A DNA stretch of 64,000 nt, taken from Flaccisagitta enflata (lineage: Eukaryota). The notes under the pieces were generated by a model that made no database searches, had not been told where the DNA came from, and was given only the letters and a program-made list of their open reading frames with translations. Numbering within the stretch: position 1 is the first letter of the stretch; each line of letters begins with the position of its first letter. The stretch lies in the NCBI GenBank assembly GCA_965153355.1, contig OZ231126.1, forward strand, positions 23,994,001 through 24,058,000. Reading direction: 5' to 3'. Below are positions 57,462 to 64,000 of the stretch, piece by piece. A program made the translations under genes and the position numbers.

Positions 57462-58115
57462 CTTTTTGGGCAGCGGCCCCAAAGGGGACGAAGTCCTGTA
57501 GAACACAGGGGGACTTTCGTTCGTTCGTTTGTCCGTTCGTTCGTTCATCCCCCCCTCATCAGGCCCCTCAGGCCTCAAATCTGGCCTCTCAGGCCTCAAA
57601 TCCAGCCTCTCAGGCCTCAAATCCAGCCTCTCAGGCTTCAAATCCAGCCTCTCAGGCCTCAAATCCAACCTCTCAGGCCTCAAACCTGGCCTCTCAGGCC
57701 TCGAATTAGGCTTCTCAGGCCTCAAATCCAAATTACCTCAAACCTGGCCTCTCAGGCCTCAAATTAGGCTTTAAATCTGCTATCAAAGCCTCAATTTATT
57801 GCTCTCAGGCTTCAAATCAGTCCTCTGACCTTTCAAGCCTTAATCCAGCTCTCTCAAGCCTCAAGTCAGCCCTCTCAAGCTTCAGATTGGCATTATCAGG
57901 CCTTACATCAGCCTTCTTGGGCCTCAGTTTAGGGTCTTGAAGGCCTCTATAGCATCTCATCCACTTCTTCAGGCAGGACGAACAAAAGTCCCCCTGTGTT
58001 CTACAGGACTTTGTCCCCTTTGGGGCCGCTGCCCTGCTTCCCCTCACTCCAATTCACAATCTCTCAAAGCAGGGCAACGGGTATCGCTGACCACATATTG
58101 CCCTTGGGCGACCTG
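57462..58115 (+). mobile_element. Family B element
   Basis: Same inverted repeats; central (GGCCTCAAATCCAGCCTCTCA)n; 3' hairpin GCCCTTGGGC. Confidence 0.85.
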
Positions 58116-58550
58116 TTTATTGATATTCTTTATGCAAGAATTGAATAACAGAAGAAAAGGCTAGCCCTCCGCCTTTGCTTGTTACCCTTCCTCATCGACA
58201 CCTCCCCAGCCTCAATCCAACCCCCATCCCAAACACCCGCTTCAGTCCCATTTTCTGTGACACATGAAGTTTTCAGTAACCCTAGCCCCACCAACACTTC
58301 TCTCCTCAACCCCCCCCCCCCTCCCCCATCTCCAATCCTCAATATCCATCCCCAATCCCTCCATCACTTCCTCCTCGTGACCTTTCCAATAACCCAAGCC
58401 CACGGAAAAAAAGCCCGTCTAAGGATAAATGAATGTCAGGAGGAGGGCAAAATAAAATTTCGTCCTTGCAAGCAGACTGAGAGCGGAGTTTGCCCCCGTG
58501 TGTCACGGTTTTTCTAAGAAAAAGTATGTGTGTGTGTGTGTTTGAGAGAG

Positions 58551-58606
<56 letters not shown>

Positions 58607-59149
58607 CATTTTGAGGAAACATTTACATCTATTTTCGCGAGTCAATATAGTACGACTATAGCGAGGCCCGCCTACAATCCCTTCCCTCTTCCCTTCCTCT
58701 TCAATCCACCCGGGCCTCGCCTCAAAAGAAAAAAAAGATATCGCTAAACAGCGATGGCCTATTGCCTTTTAGTGAAAACAACATAAATAACACAACGCTC
58801 GTCTCTACAACTAAATCACTATACACTATATCTTCGAATCTGGTCAAGTTAATCAGAAACTAAACAGAGTTCTCTTCCAATTTGTTCGTCGGCTTCTTTC
58901 CCGACCCCCTTTGATTTCCCCAGAGTTTTCCCCCGTTGTTGGTTTCCTCCCAACACGATGTTTCAGTTCTGCCCCAATTGTTCTTCAGTCTCTTTTCCTT
59001 CCTCTTCTCAGTCGTCGTCTTCCGATTCTTCCTCGTCCGTGCTCGGTTGGGCTCGGGCCTCTCCTTTCTCCACTTCTTCCTTCTGTTGTTCCCCCTCCGC
59101 GTTGTTCCGTTTCCTTCCGCTTCCTCCCTCCTTTTCGGATTCGCTGAGT

Positions 59150-59214
<65 letters not shown>

Positions 59215-59530
59215 AAAAAAAACAGTAAGGTAGAAAGGTAGAAAGGCAGAATCCACAAATGTAACGGACAAACTGACCTACCGCTAGACCGACAATTTAA
59301 CTGGCTTACATCTTGAACAGAGACAGAAAAACAAATAAGAAAAATATTTAGGAATAGAAAGACTGACAAATAGAAAACAAAAGATAGACAGAGTAACCAC
59401 ATTAGAAAAAAAAGAGAAAAAGAACAAGAGAAAGATAAATGTGGTGAGTGACTTACACATTAAAAGACGTCTTGTCTTCAAAGGCATCGAAGTGAAAAAA
59501 GAAATTGAATCTAGGCTTCATTCTACCAAC

Positions 59531-59666
59531 TAGGGATGTGGAAGCGACTGACCGCTTCCGTTTTGGAGGATAGGATAGCTACTAGTATTGGTACAACAAA
59601 ATGGAAGCGGAAGCAGAAGCGGAAGCGGTGGAAGCGGCACTAAAATTGATCCCTTCCACATCCCTA
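59531..59666. mobile_element. 136-bp hAT-type MITE
   Basis: TIR TAGGGATGTGGAAG / CTTCCACATCCCTA; (GGAAGC)n subterminal repeats; degenerate 8-bp TSD CTACCAAC / CTTCCAAG. Confidence 0.75.
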
Positions 59667-61032
59667 CTTCCAAGAGTCGGACTTCGAAGCTACCACCAAC
59701 GCTTCTCAACTCTTCCAAAACTGTAGCATTGTTTCAAGTCCTTTATGAGTTCACGAGGGTATTAGCTTCAATATTGGTTAGGTTCAATATAAGGTGCACC
59801 AACGCATCTCTTTGTTCGGTCGTGTCCGTCCATTGGTTGGTTGGTTGGTCGGTCGGTTGGTCGGTCGGTAGATAACGATAACGTTTGATGATTCACACCG
59901 CGCACCTATTGGCCTACTTGCCTTGTTTGTTCATCATTTTCTCTCAGTCATGGGCCTCACATGTTCTTTGTTCTTTCAATGGAACTTACTCTAATCAAGC
60001 TGCTTTGCTGCTATTTTAAGCATCCTTTGCAACGTCAGTTTTACAACGAATTTGTCCCTACTGTAGACCTGAATCTTGGCCTTAATTTAGATCTTAGTCT
60101 GAGCCTCAATCTTGGCCAAGTTGGCCTCGATACTCAAGTGATTCTTAGGCCTCGGAGTAAGCCTCTATGGTTTCACGCGGCGAAGTCGTTGCCTCTGCTT
60201 ACAACTTCGGGTCTCACGTATTTGTCACTCAGCGACTTTCCTCCATTCTGCGCGTTTTTCTTACTCCAACAAAGGCTTAAGCTTTCTTTACACTCCAATG
60301 CCTTTGCCAACACATATAACCTTGAGTTTACCCTTTCTAATCTGCTTTCATCACTTCTCTCTTCTCTTCTAAATCTTTTGTTTACCTCCACTTGTTTACC
60401 TATTCACTCGTTCTTTTGTTCATTTGTGCACATTTTCATCTGTTCACTTGTTCACTTGTTCACTTCTTCACTTGTTCCCCCGTCCCCTCCTTGCTCCTCC
60501 CCGCTTATTTTGCATCACTTCCGTCCAACCTCTTTTTACTCCACTCCTCCCCGGACCGACTTCACGGTTCCACTTCTCAACTGCTCCACTTCTCAACCGC
60601 TCCACTTCTCAACTTCACCTCTCCACTCCAGCCACATCCACTACAACCACCAACGCTCTTTCTACTCCCGGCATTTGAGGCGGTATGAGCATAGCGGGCG
60701 TTCAGCGCGGACCTTTGAACATTTCTTCGCTCAAAGATTTAGCGTTCTCTCCGCATTCGGTCACGACAGCTCATTTATATTGTACAGATGCGGAGACAGC
60801 AGAGTAAAAGGAAGGCCTAAGACCCGAAAAACAGGAGCGGGGAAAAAACATCAGGACGGGAGTGGTTAGATGGAGAGTGGGTAGGTGCTAACATGGATTT
60901 GATGGGAACATGGGTACACGGATACATGGGGGAATAGAAGAATGAAAAGATGTGAGAATATGGCAAGGTTGGAAAATGAAAGTGTGCAACAGAAGGGGGA
61001 AAATGGGATTCGGAATGGATCTAGTGTTAGCT

Positions 61033-61670
61033 AACAAGGCCAAGTAGGCCAACGATGCGTCCTCTTTGAATAAACGTTTTTTAGAAATGAATGTTTTTTT
61101 ATGAATGAATGTCAATTGTGATGAATGAATGATTGAATGAATGAATTACTTGATGTATGCTTCGTTTACTGGGGTAGAACCACTTTTTGGTTGAAAAAAT
61201 GTGTGATTTTGATGTTTTTAATGAATGCATTACCGACCAACTGACCGACCGACCAACCAACCGACCAACCAAAGGACACAGCCTATTATAGAGATGCGAG
61301 GACGCATCTAAAAAGGTTTTTCCTTCTTTGATATTAGTTTTCTTCTCTTATCTCTGTTTCTATCTCTTCTTTCTTTTAAGTCGCGTGCTACGCGACTCTT
61401 TAAGCCACTTTTTGGTCCGTCGGTCGGTCAGTCCGTCCGTCCGTCTGTCCGTCCGTCTGTCCGTCCGTTTGTTGGTCCGTCCGTCCGTCACAACTAACTT
61501 TGAAGGCATTTTGTCGCGTTTTTGTCCTTTTGAATATCAGAGAATTCACTGGGAGGTGAAGGCCGCTAATTCAAAGTTCATTTTGAAAAGTACAGTCTGT
61601 CTGCCTGTCTGTCTGTCCGTCCTTTTGTGAAAATGCCGATGCACGCGACTTAGGTCTAATGACCTTGTTA
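61033..61670. mobile_element. Two divergent family A-type elements (61033-61313 minus; 61374-61670 plus)
   Basis: AACAAGGCC...(CCAA/CCGA)n...GATGCGAGGACGCATCTAAAA, then AAGTCGCGTGCTACGCGACT...(GTCC)n...CACGCGACT...GACCTTGTT. Confidence 0.7.
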
Positions 61671-61771
61671 TTTCTTCCTTTGTTCCTTGCCTTTCTTTTT
61701 CTCATCTACCTCTTTTTCACTCATTCTTATTTCAATTCTTTCTCCCTTTCTTACTCGTTCTCATTCTCATT

Positions 61772-61926
<155 letters not shown>

Positions 61927-62183
61927 AACTCCCTTTCTCATACATTTACTCATTACTCTTGCTGCTGATACTACAATGATGCTTTAAACTCATCAGTGAT
62001 GGCTGATCGAATTAAGTCCGTGGAGGAAAGGGAAGATGAGTGAACGCTAATGGATTTAGGGGTGGCCTAGAGCTAGAGCTATGAAGCAAGAGGAAGGAAA
62101 ACGAAAAATGGAAAAGACTAGGATATGAGATATAAAAGGATGTAAGGGGAGGAAGAAGAAAAGAAGGGAAAACAAAAGAAGAC

Positions 62184-62269
<86 letters not shown>

Positions 62270-62824
62270 TCATTGATGATCATGGAGGACTGAATCAGCA
62301 AGAAAAAAAAAGAAAGAGCGAGGAAGAGAACTTACAAGAAGAAAAAAGATGTGGAGGTCAGAAAGTGAGAGAGATGAAGAGAAAAGCGGCGAGGGTGTTA
62401 TTGGCAAGTAGACCCAAGGGAGGAGTGAAATTGGAGGGTGCCAAGTCAGAAAATGTTGGCCAAAGGGGGGTGTGACGCCATGGTAGAGTGAAGTCGTGCT
62501 ACACTTGAGAGATGAAAAAGAAGAACATGAGGGTGGTGCAAGACACAATCAGAGCGTTGGACGCAAGCATTGCTATATTTCAATTTAGGTCATGTTCTTC
62601 TGCAATGGTCATTGGTCAAGCGGTTGTCAATCGTCAAGAGGCTTCTGTAGGCGGCAGAGGAGAAGATGTGGGAGGGTTACGGGGCAGGGCAGGAGAGTAG
62701 GGGGAGGGGATGCTCCTCAAATTTAGTGAGAAGGTGTGGGGGATACGGGGATCGATAGGGGATTAGAAAATACGGAAATTAATGAATGAAATAAACGGAT
62801 TGTAAATAGAAGTTAGAAGGTGAC

Positions 62825-63032
62825 AAAACAATGCCGGATACACGGCTACCATAGTCGCGTGCGGGTGGGCAGGGGCAGTATTTGAGTTACTAAAGCACTT
62901 GGGCAAGTGCAGTGAGGCCAAAGACCGCAAAAACATAAAAAATGTAAAATGGGGACCAACCGACCAACCGACCGACCGACCGACGGACGGACAAAGCAGG
63001 GTGTAGTGTCGCGTAGCACGCGACTAAAAAAA
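62825..63032 (-). mobile_element. Family A element
   Basis: GCCGGATACACGGCTACC..AGTCGCGTGCGGGTGGGCAGG ... GTCGCGTAGCACGCGACTAAAA. Confidence 0.8.
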
Positions 63033-63112
63033 ACAATTATCGATTTTTGTTAGCCATAGGCGGGGCATTGGAGTCAATGAAACCAGAATATGATAGTCGC
63101 AAAAGTGTTAGA

Positions 63113-63656
63113 TGGTCAGCGGTACCCGTTGCCCCTATGTGAGCATATGTTGATGTGTGATGGTGAGAGGGGCAATGGCCCCGAAGGGGCCGATGACCTA
63201 TGCTTAGTAGGTTTTGAGGCCCTACGCATGAATTTGAGCATCAATTATAGATTTAAAGATCGAGGCTGTGATTTGAGCCTCCAGGCTGTGATTTGAGCCT
63301 CAAGGTTGTCATTTGAGCCAAGATGCTAGGATTTGAGCCTTGAGGCTGGGATTTGAGCATCAAGGCTGGGATTTGAGCCTTGAGGCTGGGATTTAAACCT
63401 CGAGGCTGGGATTTGAGCCTCAAGGCTGGAATTTGAGCCTCAAGGCTGGGATTTGAGCCTCGAGGCTGGGATTTGAGCCTCAAGGCTGGGATTTGAGCCT
63501 CGAGGCTGGGATTTGAGCCTCGAGGCTGGGATTTGAGCCTCGAGGCAGGGGTTTGAGCCTCAAGGGGGGGGCGGACGGAGGAGGGGAAGAAGGAGAAATT
63601 TCCCCTATGTGTGAAAGCATAGGTCATCGGCCCCTTCGGAGCCGCTGCCCAAAAAG
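63113..63656 (-). mobile_element. Family B element
   Basis: Central (GGCTGGGATTTGAGCCTCGA-type)n array; ends GCCGCTGCCCAAAA. Confidence 0.85.
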
Positions 63657-63967
63657 TAAGGGTGCAGAATGAAATAAGGAGATATTCATGGCTTATCATA
63701 GAAAAAAAGTAATTATACTTAAATCGTACAATACTAGAAGAGCAGAGGTAAATTACAAAATCTATTGGAATTCTGGCTTTAGGGCCGTTTGGTAAACAAA
63801 GATTGAGACCCAAACGGAGAAGTAGAATTGGGTGTAGAGACTAGAATTAATCTCAAGAGAAACATGAAAGAAGTGAAGGAAAATCGAAGCCAATAAATTT
63901 CCTTTGACGGAAACCCAAGCAAAGGGAAAAGTCAGAGGCGCAAGAAAGATGGGACAGAAAGTGAAAG

Positions 63968-64000
<33 letters not shown>

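Noticed and set aside
59961-60869. 302-aa ORF
   Set aside because: Leu/Ser/Phe-biased translation of pyrimidine-rich, partly repetitive DNA; no motif or splice structure recognised.

Overview
Repeat-dominated eukaryotic nuclear DNA, most likely from an invertebrate animal (species not determinable). It has spliceosomal GT-AG introns, dozens of (AG)n/(AC)n/(AAC)n/(AAG)n/(AAAG)n microsatellites, several minisatellites and many non-autonomous DNA transposons. Almost all ORFs in the supplied track are translations of repeats. Following splice signals by hand gives a 10-exon minus-strand gene (ATG 12356 to stop 3109, about 298 aa) that the ORF track does not recover as a gene. It encodes a type II membrane protein with a signal anchor, coiled coil, an RSKR furin-type site on a 26-nt microexon, a Ser-rich stalk and a Cys-containing C-terminal region. 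An in-frame alternative splice path would remove the furin site. Head-to-head with it, about 0.9 kb away, is a J-domain (DnaJ/Hsp40) first exon interrupted by an in-frame TAG. Introns 8 and 9 of the gene hold nested transposon stacks with readable 8-bp TSDs. Two Helentron/HINE-like families, one carrying about 21-bp internal tandem arrays, recur across the window. Two copies of a fold-back MITE carry RFX X-box motifs. Repeat boundaries are approximate, and no database search was possible.
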